A stretch of DNA of 62,761 bases, counting the filler, from Vermamoeba vermiformis (Eukaryota), in assembly GCA_045837725.1 (NCBI GenBank). It is 4 parts of 4 records of this genome, joined end to end, with 100 filler letters (N's around TTAATTAATTAA, not from the genome) between each part and the next. Parts side by side here need not be neighbours in the genome. Positions count along the whole stretch, not along the records: positions 30,487 to 51,906 come from JBEWZL010000139.1; positions 52,007 to 56,040 come from JBEWZL010000144.1; positions 56,141 to 62,761 come from JBEWZL010000147.1; 1 more part is not named here. One strand, 5' to 3'. Of the stretch, positions 49,846-60,916 are shown piece by piece. Both the position numbers and the translations under genes were made by a program. The notes beneath the pieces are model-generated. The model was not told where the DNA came from and did no database searches. It saw only the letters and a list, made by a program, of their open reading frames with translations. Position 1 is the first letter of the stretch. The number at the start of each line of letters is the position of its first letter.

Positions 49846-51882
49846 GAGTGCCGTACCGATTTTGTCTCCACAGATCAATTTTGTCACCACCAAAAACAAC
49901 ACGAACACAACTCGTTCGCAATTTTTTCTCAATAATTTTCACCTATGAGAGCCACTAAATCAGTAAAACAGACAAAGGGAGCAAAAAATCCCGAAAATAA
50001 AGTCACCTCTTTGGCAGATTTGGTGCCGATCGTTGCAAAGCGGATTGACACTTCAGGCGAATCAATTCGGGACGCTTGCAAAAAAATTGCTGCAGAAAAA
50101 AAAGTTAATCACGATTCTTTGCGTCGCACATATCAACGATGGTTAGTAAAAAAAGACAGAGCTCATGGAAATATGAAATTTTCAGATGAGGACGAGGAAA
50201 TTATTTGTGCACTCATTTTATCACTCAGTTCACGTGGGTTAGCATTAACAAGAGGAATACTAATAGAATTAGTGAAAGAAACGTTTGAAGTTGATGATGA
50301 TTGGAGCGGAGACGGATGGTTCCGTCGGTTCATTGAACGTCACTCCGATCTGCTAGCAATGACATCGGGAAAGTCTTTGGACCCTCAGCGCGTTTCGAAA
50401 GTTACTGAAGAGCATGTTGATAAATTTATTGCTTCATTCAATTATTTACAAGAGCACAATCTCTATCAAAGTGACTACATCATCAATGTTGACGAATCTT
50501 CGTGCAAACTGCAAAACAATCGCTCTACCAAAGTTATAACGAGTGCTAAGGCGTCCAAACAAGGAGTGGTTACTACACCACCAAGTCAACTACGAACTAT
50601 CATTCCATTCGTTGCAGCCTCTGGCAAGGTGTGGATGGTTGTCTACGTTTTCAAGGCCATGTCAAACAAGAGTGCGAAGGCAAAGGATGCAATAGTGCTC
50701 CGCCCAATGAAGAGACAGACTCGCGGCGAATGGACAAGCTATTATGCTAGTACATCAGAAGGATATATTACAAACGAATTATGGATTGATATTATAGCAA
50801 AGTTCATCGATTTGATTTCACCCATCAAGCATGACTTACCCGCTGTACTACTCTTAGACCGCGTTGGCCCACACATGCAAGATTCTACAATTGCCAAATT
50901 AGCTGAGATTGATACTACCACACTGTACCTACCTGCCCATAGTAGTCACATTATACAGCCCCTTGATGACGTTCCGTTTGCCAACCTTAAACGGTTCGGG
51001 TGCCAAGCCCGCGACAAATTGACACTTGGGCGCCAACTCCGTGGAGAGTCCCTCAATAACGTCACACAAGAGGCAATATTGATAGCTGAGAAGAAGGCCT
51101 TTTCACCTGATATAATCAAAGCCGGATTTGCCCACACTGGTGTCTGGCCCTGGAACGAAAAGTTGATCCGTCAAAATTTTGCCGCTGAGCAAGGATGGGA
51201 ACAACAAAACGAACTTACCACTGACAAGAAGAAACGTGTGGACGAAGTAGCAACCAAAATGAAAGACCTATTCGCTGTGCCTGAGAAACCAACCTCAGCA
51301 AGAGGAACTGTATTCAAGAAGCTTGGCCTGTGCATGACAGGTGATGAGGTGCGTGTCACGCATGAAGAGATCCAAAAGAGCGCCGAACAGAAGAAAGCAG
51401 CGAAGCAAGAGAAAACCAATACCAAAGGAAACAAGCGTGCACGAGAGGAGTCTAATGACGAAGAAGTGCCAGCCCAAAAGAAAGTCAAGGTGGCCCACGA
51501 GAGCGATGAAGAAATGTCCTTCGAAATTTCAGCGGAAGGTGATGTGATGTGCGACTGTTGTTTCGAGATACGCGAGAATACATGGACTTGCCGTAAGTGC
51601 CAAGACTTTAACCTGTGTACTAAGTGTCAGAAGGCAACAAAATTACTCGCTAATCACCGCCTGGAATGCGAAAAATAATCGGATCAGCAATATTTAATTT
51701 TTTCAATATTTTAAAAATTACTTGGCATTCCTTTGAAGCACGTACCATATAGACGATATTATTACACGTGTTAATACATACAAATAAATATTATTTTGTT
51801 TCAGAACTTAATTGTGTTGTGGTGTTCAGTTCTGAAAGCGGAGACAAAATTGATCCGTGGAGACAAAATCGGTACGGCACTC
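49846..51882 (+). mobile_element. pogo/Fot-like (Tc1-mariner superfamily) DNA transposon, apparently complete
   Basis: TIRs of about 43 bp with 2 mismatches (GAGTGCCGTACCGATTTTGTCTCCAC[A/G]GATCAATTTTGTC[A/T]CC) at 49846 and 51882; TCA on both flanks; one intronless transposase ORF. Confidence 0.92.
49945..51678 (+). CDS. DDE_1 transposase with CENP-B-type HTH, DD35D triad and C-terminal Cys-rich zinc finger
   Basis: GWFRRFIERH, NVDES, LLLDRVGPH then QPLDD with 35 residues between the Asps, PAHSSHIIQPLD, GFAHTGVWP, terminal CxxC motifs. Confidence 0.92.
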   Translation: MRATKSVKQTKGAKNPENKVTSLADLVPIVAKRIDTSGESIRDACKKIAAEKKVNHDSLRRTYQRWLVKKDRAHGNMKFSDEDEEIICALILSLSSRGLALTRGILIELVKETFEVDDDWSGDGWFRRFIERHSDLLAMTSGKSLDPQRVSKVTEEHVDKFIASFNYLQEHNLYQSDYIINVDESSCKLQNNRSTKVITSAKASKQGVVTTPPSQLRTIIPFVAASGKVWMVVYVFKAMSNKSAKAKDAIVLRPMKRQTRGEWTSYYASTSEGYITNELWIDIIAKFIDLISPIKHDLPAVLLLDRVGPHMQDSTIAKLAEIDTTTLYLPAHSSHIIQPLDDVPFANLKRFGCQARDKLTLGRQLRGESLNNVTQEAILIAEKKAFSPDIIKAGFAHTGVWPWNEKLIRQNFAAEQGWEQQNELTTDKKKRVDEVATKMKDLFAVPEKPTSARGTVFKKLGLCMTGDEVRVTHEEIQKSAEQKKAAKQEKTNTKGNKRAREESNDEEVPAQKKVKVAHESDEEMSFEISAEGDVMCDCCFEIRENTWTCRKCQDFNLCTKCQKATKLLANHRLECEK

Positions 51883-51906
51883 TCAAGATCGAGAAACGGA
51901 TCCTAA

Positions 51907-52006
51907 NNNNNNNNNNNNNNNNNNNNNNNNNNNNNNNNNNNNNNNNNNNNTTAATTAATTAANNNNNNNNNNNNNNNNNNNNNNNNNNNNNNNNNNNNNN
52001 NNNNNN
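51907..52006. other. Artificial contig linker
   Basis: N44-TTAATTAATTAA-N44. Confidence 0.97.
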
Positions 52007-52159
52007 ATGAAGACGAGATAGCCTGTTACACTCCGTGACTTGTGCGTAAGTCTAGTTCTTTGGAATAACGTACTTTAGGTCCGTTAGCCTGACACCCTGA
52101 AGTGGTTGGCCAGCCAACGAAAAGTGTTGCGGTATTACCGGCGGTGAATTAAACTAACT

Positions 52160-52960
52160 CTAAAGGTTTATTACCATAATCAAAGCAATGACTAATAGGT
52201 ACACGGACAAGACAGAGATTTGGTCCGTAGATGGACTGGTTCTCGGAGTTGCTGTTTCTGACGAGGACGGTTGGACTACTGGTGGCTCAGCGGCTTTGTC
52301 GACATAGCAACTGGGAATGAGAGAGGTCTTATAGATATCGCATTGACTGAAGAATGGATCGTACATAAGAGTGGCACAATCAGTGCGACATTGGCTGTCA
52401 CTGCAGTTCGTCAGAATCAAAAATCCCGTCTCGTTGCACATCGTTGATGTGCTGAAGTGGATGTTATCGATAGACAAGCAAGAGGGTGTTTGCACTGAAA
52501 TATAGGCAATATTGTCGACTTCCACTGGGCACGTGGACTCTTCTTTCGGAATGGTCGTGACAATGGATCTTGATGGTATGAACGGGAGTCGGTTAACGGT
52601 ATACTTTGTATAGTAGGCGTCTTCTTTAAAATATTGATCTAAAGGCTGGGGCGTCATTGAGTTGCAGGTAGTGCAGTTTGAGTCCGAGCAATGGAAGATC
52701 GCAAGCTTCGAATCCGTATCAACGATGCCTCGATGGAATTGGCTGCTATTTCCTTGCAGAGCACCGGAAAAATAGCTGGCAGGCATGCAGGCGAAGGAAG
52801 GAATGATTATTAAAGACGACAGCGACTCTTCATTTTGCGACGGGTATCGAGCTACGGCCCAGTAGTTGGATGGCAATGGCGAGAGAGCCGAAGTGGCATA
52901 AAGTCCGTTGATAATTGATAGAAAGGTGCAGAAATATACGAATAAACGGTGTTGATCCAT
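52160..52960 (-). CDS. Cys-rich secreted or GPI-anchored surface protein
   Basis: Intronless 266 aa ORF with a signal peptide, two CSDSxC…C units, an S/T/P stalk and a hydrophobic C-terminus. Confidence 0.75.
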   Translation of the reverse strand: MDQHRLFVYFCTFLSIINGLYATSALSPLPSNYWAVARYPSQNEESLSSLIIIPSFACMPASYFSGALQGNSSQFHRGIVDTDSKLAIFHCSDSNCTTCNSMTPQPLDQYFKEDAYYTKYTVNRLPFIPSRSIVTTIPKEESTCPVEVDNIAYISVQTPSCLSIDNIHFSTSTMCNETGFLILTNCSDSQCRTDCATLMYDPFFSQCDIYKTSLIPSCYVDKAAEPPVVQPSSSETATPRTSPSTDQISVLSVYLLVIALIMVINL

Positions 52961-53365
52961 ATTACAAGGGCGTCAGTTGCAAATAATGACAAAAGAAGAA
53001 TAAAATGAAAAAAGCGAATTGAGAATTAAATATCTGTCTGGCACGTGAAAAAACAGGCTATCGACCAATGGGATAACTCGTAATTGGCGCACAGATTAAC
53101 TTCAATGCGAATCACAAATTCACTCCTCCTTCACAGCGGCGAAACACCGCTTGTGCGTCATCTATATATATATATATATTAACTCGAATAGACGCACGAA
53201 CGTGTAACCCACCAACGTCGGGAAGGCATCGTTTTATGTGAGCAAGACACATTTTTTTGAAAATCAATCGAGCTGAATACCACAATACCCAAATATTACC
53301 ACTGTTTTCCTACTCAGTGGTCTTTGCAAGCTTGTTATGTTTACGAGCTACAGAACACTAAATTT

Positions 53366-54836
53366 ATGGAATCAAGTTTAACGGTACGTGGATGCGAGCA
53401 GAATCTTGCTTCAATCATTGCCCAAAATGTTTCAAAAAATTCCTTTAACGATCATTTCTCGTTCGAATGTAATTAAGGATAAAAAGGCATTTTCGGACCA
53501 CATTTAATAATTTTCTTTCAGATAATTGACACCGGTGACACATCCACTCTTCCCAAAGACGTATGGGGCTTAATACTCCAACATCTGAACCTTTTTGATG
53601 TTATATTTGCAAGAGCAACGAGCACGGCATATTACAAGTGGTGCAAAGAATATCGGCCGTTTCCAAAGTATTTCGTTCTTGATCAAAGCAAGTGCATGGA
53701 ATATTTGGTCGAGAATGGCTACATTTCTTGTTTAGATTATGTTAAGAATGCTCTACACTTCCAGTGGACCCCGAAACTCTGCTCAAAGGCTGCCAGATTC
53801 GGACAAATTGACATGCTAAAACATCTCATCAACAACGGCCAAGTTTTTGACCCAAAATCAATTATGTTAGAATGCACAAAAGGAACATGCAATATTGATA
53901 TGATAAAATACTTGCACGAGAAGGAGGTTCCTTGGGATCAGACAGATTCACCAGCGAAATCTCAAATGGATTTGATTGGAAGGGTGGCCTTGGATCTTTT
54001 AACAATATTCAAGTTATGCCCCCCCAACCAACTAAAAGAAGTATCTGTGAAGAGGCAGCTTGGCTGGGCAATTTGACAATGTTGAAGTATGCACATCAGA
54101 ATGGTGCTGCACTCAATAGGAGTGCTTTGTTTGCAGCAAAAGCAGGGCACCTTGATTGCTTAGTTTATGCAGTTGAAAATTGTGTTCAATTGACAGATCC
54201 ACCACTGGCAGCTAAAACTTTGCCCTGCTTCAAATACATTGTAGAAAAGTTTGGCTTGACAAAACTGCAGCAACTTAGTGTCTATTGGAGGACCCAGTTT
54301 CACATAGGCAACATCGACATTTTGCAATTCATGCTCCAAAACAATTTTAAATTGGGTAATTCAGTCAATCAAGAGTTAAATACAGTGATGAAATCAGCAG
54401 ATGTCTTAAAGTTTGTGCTTGACAACAATATAATCACAGTGTCAAACTTAAAACAGCACTTGACTTGCATTCACTTTGGCAATATTGAAAGTGTTGTACT
54501 TCTTTTTGAGCGTTATCCACCTGATAGTTTTCCAGATTTTGAAAAAATGAAACACTCACTCATTAACAATGCAGTTTTGTCTAAAGAATTGAAAGTATTG
54601 AAATTTATTTTTTTATTTTTTTATTTCTTCAAAACACCTTGTTGCTGCAGCACACAGTGGAAATTTGTCAAACATGGCATACTTGACACGCCTAGGATGT
54701 AAGCCAAAAAGCATTAAACAGCATTCACTCACTTTTGTTTTTGTTAGGTCAATGGGATGATAAAGAGTGTTCATCCTTTAATGAAGTCTGTGTTAAATAT
54801 GCAAAGGAACATGGTTGTAGAAATTTCAGTACTTGA
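53366..54836 (+). CDS. F-box + ankyrin-repeat protein with an apparent frameshift near 53940
   Basis: LPKDVWGLILQHL (F-box-like); CSKAARFGQIDMLKHL, CEEAAWLGNLTMLKYAHQNG and AAKAGHLDCLVYA repeats are split between ORFs 53696-54076 and 53932-54702. Confidence 0.7.
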
Positions 54837-55063
54837 ACAATTGCAAACAACCTTGTAAAGTAAACTGGTGGCATTTACAATGTCTGATAGCATCATTGGG
54901 TGTTCTAATTGACGTGGCTGCTTTATTGAGGTTTAAAGCAAAGTAATCCCGACACTCAAACAGATCAATCGCGCTAGTACAGAGCGTATGCCAAATTAGG
55001 CAAGTGTGCTAGTCCATGGCCCAAGTTTGTTCTTCGGTGAACTGCGTCGGGCACAATGAACCC

Positions 55064-55970
55064 TTATTGCAGCGCAGGTCGAGCCCTCTGATAGTCAAAT
55101 ACATTAAGCCAGCGCGATGTGTTCATTGAAAAGTAGTTCACAGGCGTTGAGCCAGCTGCTTCGCCCCAACCAAGCACGTCGAAGAACGTCGTTTTGCGAG
55201 ATGATCCAAGCTGCTGTGTTGAGCGGCAACGGACCAATGTCTTGACGCCCACCCAGCATGTACTTGATGACGCCGTAGCTGTCAAATGGTTCCCCACGTG
55301 GGCGAATTGAGACTGTCTTCATTGGCATTAGCGACGAGTACTTCCTTAATTCCGTTGGTGTAGTTGTACGGGTGAACGGTGTTGGATTGGATAAGGTTCA
55401 GTACATCGTATTGAACATTGACGAGTAGCATTTGGTTGGAGTGGTGTACGTAGTGCCAAGTTTGGTACTGATAGTGGGTTAGATCCGAAGCACTAACCAC
55501 AGTTTGTCCAGCGGCTGTAACAGTCGTACTGTAGGAGATGGTTCCTCCCGTCGCCAACATCGCAATGTCGTTCAAATATTGAATATCGATCGAATAGGAG
55601 TTGTCAGAAAACGCTAATTTGAACGGGAACAGAAACGGTGGATCCAGAAGCCACGGCTACAACAGAGTCTTCGGCTGTTGTTAATTGACCTTCGCAGAAA
55701 GGATGTCTGAATACTATGTACTGCGCAGGCAAGGAACGATTCGTCGGATTTTGTAGGTATCGGAGCGTAGCTTTGCGCACTGACAGCACACTAACGCTAA
55801 TTCCGCGAGAATAAGCATGTTGATTCGACTGTTGTAAGTAAAGTAAATAAAGGTACCAGGATTTTGGTTAAAAATACTCACACGGGACCCTCTTGTGTTA
55901 TTGACCCGGTCCTATGCTGTCAAATTTGTCAACCATGGGATTTTCTTCCTTGAAATCTTCCAAAGGCACG
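55064..55970 (-). pseudogene. Unidentified gene fragment with apparent frameshifts, cut by the contig end
   Basis: Consecutive protein-like ORFs 55604-55789, 55282-55575 and 55104-55328 lie in different frames with no clear introns between them. Confidence 0.4.
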
Positions 55971-56040
55971 TAATACCTAAATTAGTAGAATGGTTATCGG
56001 GGGCTTATATCGCGTATTAACTGCGAAGAAAATGTAGTTC

Positions 56041-56140
56041 NNNNNNNNNNNNNNNNNNNNNNNNNNNNNNNNNNNNNNNNNNNNTTAATTAATTAANNNN
56101 NNNNNNNNNNNNNNNNNNNNNNNNNNNNNNNNNNNNNNNN
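56041..56140. other. Artificial contig linker
   Basis: N44-TTAATTAATTAA-N44. Confidence 0.97.
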
Positions 56141-56207
56141 TAATCAGTGAATTAATCAATTAATCTTATAAGTAGCAACAACACAATAAGAGCGCTCCCA
56201 TTCCAAT

Positions 56208-57943
56208 ATGGGATACGTTTATTTTGTAGCTGCTCTGTTTCTTGCGTCAATTGTTAGTGCGTTGACAATCATCCCCGAACAGATCCCACTTAACGAAGGC
56301 GAGATTAGAAATGCTAATCGAGGGTTCTACACATGGTACGGCACTAATGCTGTAAGTTCATGCTCCGCCACCTTCGATGCTGCAACTGGTCTCTGACAAG
56401 TTCAATTTGTTAAACAGATGCCGCAAGATCAAGCTCCCTACCTCGAATATTGGCGCTTCTCTTGGAGCACGATTGAAAAAGGTCTAAATCAATACGACTT
56501 TTCCGCTTTCGACTACCAAGCGAAGCAATGTTGCCGAAAATCAGGTTGCAGTTTCGGATTTCGTTACATGGCCGTGCTACCCGACTATCCTACTGTTCTA
56601 CCGACCTACCTCAACAATGCTATGCAGAAGGCATACTTTGTAAATAGTAAGTATTCGATGATTGCAGTTCTTGCCGATCTAACCGCTAACAGACACCTAT
56701 GCCCAAGCACTGATGCCTGATTGGAACGACCCTTATTTCCTCACACGAGCGAGAGCTTTGTTCAATGCTACAGCGGAGCACATCCGAACTAGCAATTTGA
56801 CGTGTGTTCGACACGTTGACATCGGTCTCTTCGGCTGGTTTGGTGAAGGTCATTTGTCGTTTGTCAATTATCCACTGCCCAGTGGAGCTCAAGCACCCAC
56901 TAATGCCACTCAATACGCACTGGTGGACATGCATCTCGAGGCATTCCAGGGCATGCAGCTGTACGCAATGACCGACAATGTCATCATGACCCTTTATGCC
57001 TTCTCCCAGTCAGACTCAGTTGGCATGCGACGGGACAGCTTGGGCAACAATATCTTCGATGCACTGACGACTAAGGTAATGTAGCATCTGAGATGACGTA
57101 ACCATTGCATCTCGATCACCGCGTGCATTGCGATTCAAAGCCGTTGGAAACAAGCTCCATTCATCACTGAATTGTACGGCGGTTATCCAGCGTACACTAA
57201 TATCAGCAAGGCGTTGGCACAGGTAACTAAGCCAGCTACATTCTGTGCTCAGCACGTTCTCATCAATCGCAGGTCAAGCAGTACCATGTCAGTCTGGTGG
57301 GTAATGGCAACGGTTGATCAACGCCACGACCATGCCCTTGGCTGATCGATCGCTTTGGAACACAACTGGAAAGTCCGCAGGGTTCAGATTAACCATTGAA
57401 CGGCTTGACATTCAGTCTGCTGGAAAGAGTACGTGCGGCACACAACATCAGATATGATACTAATGCTGCTTCTGATTAGTTATGACCGTCAATATTACTT
57501 GGAATAACTACGGCGTTGCACCCGTGTACGAGCAGTGGAACGTCAGTTTCTCATTGGTCTCGAATGTTTCGTCGGTTGTCGCAAGATGGACATCAGGCAT
57601 TAACATTCGCACCTTAATGCCAGCGAGTCCAGTAACGTTTAATGACAAGTTCGATGTGTCTCGTGTTCAGACTGGCAACTACGCACTCTGGTTGCAAATA
57701 GTGGATCCAAGAAACTTCAACAAGCCTCTCGGTCTCGCCATCAGAGGTGCCGATGTCAACAACGTGTACACTTTCCAATCGATCCAAATTGATGCTTCTG
57801 CACCCGCATCTGACTCACCTTTTGACCCAGCAACTAGCCCAGATAGCTCGATAACTAATCAAGCTCCAGAGGTGGTTTCGAGCACTGCGGCCAATATGGT
57901 GTCAATTGTGATCCTTGTGTTGGCGCTCGTATTTTTGTTTTAA
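56208..57943 (+). CDS. Secreted, membrane-anchored glycoside-hydrolase-like protein (GH-A barrel + DUF4832-like domain)
   Basis: Signal peptide; NANRGF, YWRFSWSTIEKGLNQYDFS, PDWNDPYFL, DIGLFGWFGEGH, GMRRDSLG, AGFRL, WNNYGVAPVYEQW; hydrophobic C-terminus; introns; apparent frameshift near 57313. Confidence 0.7.
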
Positions 57944-57970
57944 CGCTACACTTTGTAACAGAACAGCACA

Positions 57971-58462
57971 ATGTCGGTCCTTACCACTAAAAACCCAGCC
58001 TCGCTTTTGGGAGCATTGTACTATAACTGCTTAGTTGTGCTAGTTATGTCGACGATCTTCGTTGGTACAGCAATAAGCGGAGCAACGGATGATAAGGACT
58101 CGATCCAAGAGGGCTTCTTTTTGGTTCTCTCTGTTGTTCCAAGCGTATTATTAGCATTAATTGGTATGGGAATGATGAAGAAAGGCGTTGCTCCCGGAGA
58201 TAATCAGCCATTAATTTTTGGAGTTCTTTCGCTGATCTTGGCCATCGGTGAAGGTTTCATGGCAGCCATTTGTCTTTCTGGATTAATTCAGGTAAGCATG
58301 GTAATTTATGATGAATTTAAGAGCGGTGCGTAATTTTTGTAACAAAAATAGAAAATGTACGCCGCAGTCGCAGCTTTACAATTCAGCAGCACTATCCTCG
58401 CGATTATGTTATGGCAATCTGTAGTTAAGCCTGAAGATTTTGTCCACTTTGAACGAGCGTAA
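57971..58462 (+). CDS. Small protein with about four TM helices
   Basis: Three hydrophobic segments in ORF 57971-58333, an intron from about 58291, then a fourth segment and a stop at 58460-58462. Confidence 0.6.
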
Positions 58463-59043
58463 TGAAGTCAACGGTTCCTCTGAAGGATTTGGATTTGCTT
58501 GATCTTGTAATTTTGTAGTTGGCTTGCTTCGAAACTCAAAAAAAAAAACATTCGATGGATTGAGGACGATTTTTTAGTTTCGCAGCACGCTAAGTTCGTC
58601 ATTTTCTTGTGTATTTTATGATTCCTTCAATATGAGCTTCGACACACACGAGCTTCGTGTTTAGACTCTCCAATTTATCGAGTTTTCCGGAAGAAAATTT
58701 GACCCTGTGCGGTTTTGCATTTATTTTGTTCCGGAACAGAAAAAATCTGGATGCCAACGCAATCAACGAACAGGAATAACACAAGCATTGGCTTTACGTC
58801 AAAAATTATTGTGGTAACTGGATTCAAATCTCATAGAACTTCATGTCAACTTTTACAACCAAAACCTCGGAAATCAAAATTAAATATTGATAAATGGTTG
58901 ACATGCATATTATCTCCTCGGTAAAATAATAATAATTATAATGATATAATAATAATAATAATTATTTCATTAAGTTTTGTCATTTACTGTGGGATTTTGA
59001 TGGTGATGTATCTCTAAACAAAAATTAATTACTTTCACAGGAA

Positions 59044-59790
59044 ATGGCTTGCTCTTCTAATCAAGAAGTTTTACAAGCACTTTACTCTGCACAACCTTTC
59101 ACTCTCGTTAAAATGGAATTCCTGGAACTGTGCAGCTTAAATGATCTCCGGTGCCAATTATTAGCTCAAGCCCTCACAAGAAATTCTACCCTTAAATCAT
59201 TATCTTTGATGGAAGGAGACTTAAAAGATGATGGTTTGAAGTGGTTGTGTGAAGCTTTCGCCCACCATAAGACGTTGCGGAGTCTGAACTTAAGCTACAA
59301 TTATATCACTGATGAAGGGGGCCAGTGGCTATGTTGGGCTTTGGAAAACAATCAATCTTTGACTCACCTAAATTTGTATGAAACTAGCATAACTGATGAG
59401 ACACTACAGCTATTATGCAATTGCCTGCAACAAAATCAATCACTCCAACAAGTGCAGTTGCCTGTCCAGCTTAGCTTTGTGGAGTCTCTCTCTGATTCTT
59501 TTACTAAATACTTAAACTACAATCGTCAGCTTTACAAACAAAATGTCACGAACACCATTACCAATCTGTTGTGCATAGCAAGGAATCCCAAATCCCTTCC
59601 ACAAGAAGTCTGGATTCATATTTTTAGTTACATAGAGTTCCCAGGAATCAGTGGATTTGAAAAGATTGCTAGTGCTGTTTTTTCCAGTATGAAGCAAATT
59701 AACGAAATGTTAATAAGACTCAAGTTTAAACTATTAATAATGGAATCTTCTGGCATTAAAGAAATAAATATTAAGTTAGTATACTTTTAA
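59044..59790 (+). CDS. Ribonuclease-inhibitor-type LRR protein (3' exon)
   Basis: LxxLxLxxNxIxDxG repeats (NSTLKSLSL, TLRSLNLSYNYITDEG, SLTHLNLYETSITDE); F-box-like LPQEVWIHIFSYI near the C-terminus. Confidence 0.75.
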   Translation: MACSSNQEVLQALYSAQPFTLVKMEFLELCSLNDLRCQLLAQALTRNSTLKSLSLMEGDLKDDGLKWLCEAFAHHKTLRSLNLSYNYITDEGGQWLCWALENNQSLTHLNLYETSITDETLQLLCNCLQQNQSLQQVQLPVQLSFVESLSDSFTKYLNYNRQLYKQNVTNTITNLLCIARNPKSLPQEVWIHIFSYIEFPGISGFEKIASAVFSSMKQINEMLIRLKFKLLIMESSGIKEINIKLVYF

Positions 59791-59879
59791 GTACCATCAC
59801 AGATTGTATTATGAATTAAAAAGGGCAAAAAAAGCAGGCAGATTGGTGCTGGGACTAATAAAATTTTGCTACTTTTAAA

Positions 59880-60660
59880 CTAGACAATGGAAACATGGCG
59901 AGCAATACCAACCTGTTTTATCTTTTTTGTTTTACGTGAACAATGCATACAACATTGCGTTAACAGAGGAGTGATGGCAATCACACCAATGAATACCGTG
60001 TTGTAGATGGCCCAGCTGATTGATTTAGACTGTTGTAAAGCTTGCACTTGATGCTGTAGATCTTGTACGAGACTAATACGCCAAGCACGAGCAAGACACC
60101 CTTTGTGCACAAAAAGAGGATGTTGTAGACTTGACGACGAACAGCATCGGGAGCTGCCATGGAAAAATCTCTCAGAGCGAGGAGACCAGTATCAAATCCT
60201 GACCAAGTAGTTCTGTTTGAGTAGACACTCCAGTTACTGTTGGGAATAGTGTTGATAATACTGTAGAGTGGTGCGCCCCAGTCATAGATGATGGAGAACA
60301 TGCGAAGCTCACCAACGAAATATCTTTGATCTCAAACTTGGCCCATGTTGGAATGAACATGTTGGTCCAAGCTTTTGCAGTGTTGACAGATTGAGATGTG
60401 GCACAATCAATGCCATATTTCGAGACCAAATGTGGGCCACACCATCTTCGAGCAGCAGGCTGTAGAAAGTGTAGTTGAAAGTAGACAAGATTTTGAAACT
60501 TTGTTCACAGATTGCACACCTAGGCAGAATGGCAGCAGCCACAGATCTACAGATCATAGAGGAAGTACTGGCTTCACAGCTCAACAATTTGCGCCGATAA
60601 CGGTAATGTGGGACGTTACAGAGATACTTAGCAACACGTCGTCTTTCAGCGCAGCAAACG
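59880..60660 (-). CDS. Unidentified gene or pseudogene with C-terminal hydrophobic segments
   Basis: Overlapping protein-like ORFs in different frames (60172-60429, 59981-60301, 59880-60110) with TM-like stretches; intron acceptor near 60661. Confidence 0.3.
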
Positions 60661-60826
60661 ATCAAATTTGTCAGTATTTTAGTGAAGTAAGTATTTAGTT
60701 ACTGGAAGTAATTTTTGCTAAACAAAGCTTGTACAAGGAAATGAATCACGAGAAACTTTCAGGCAGCACATCATTTGGCTTTGGACCATTTGGCAGCTCT
60801 GTTGGTAATAGCTTTTGACTTCTGTG

Positions 60827-60916
60827 TGCCACACCCAGCCAGTATTCGATCTCAGAGTGATTTGGGTAGCGCAGTGATCTCAGTAGCATTACGGTGAATA
60901 CTGGCTGGGTGTGGCA
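60827..60916. repeat. Perfect 21-bp inverted repeat around a 48-bp spacer
   Basis: TGCCACACCCAGCCAGTATTC (60827-60847) and GAATACTGGCTGGGTGTGGCA (60896-60916). Confidence 0.9.
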
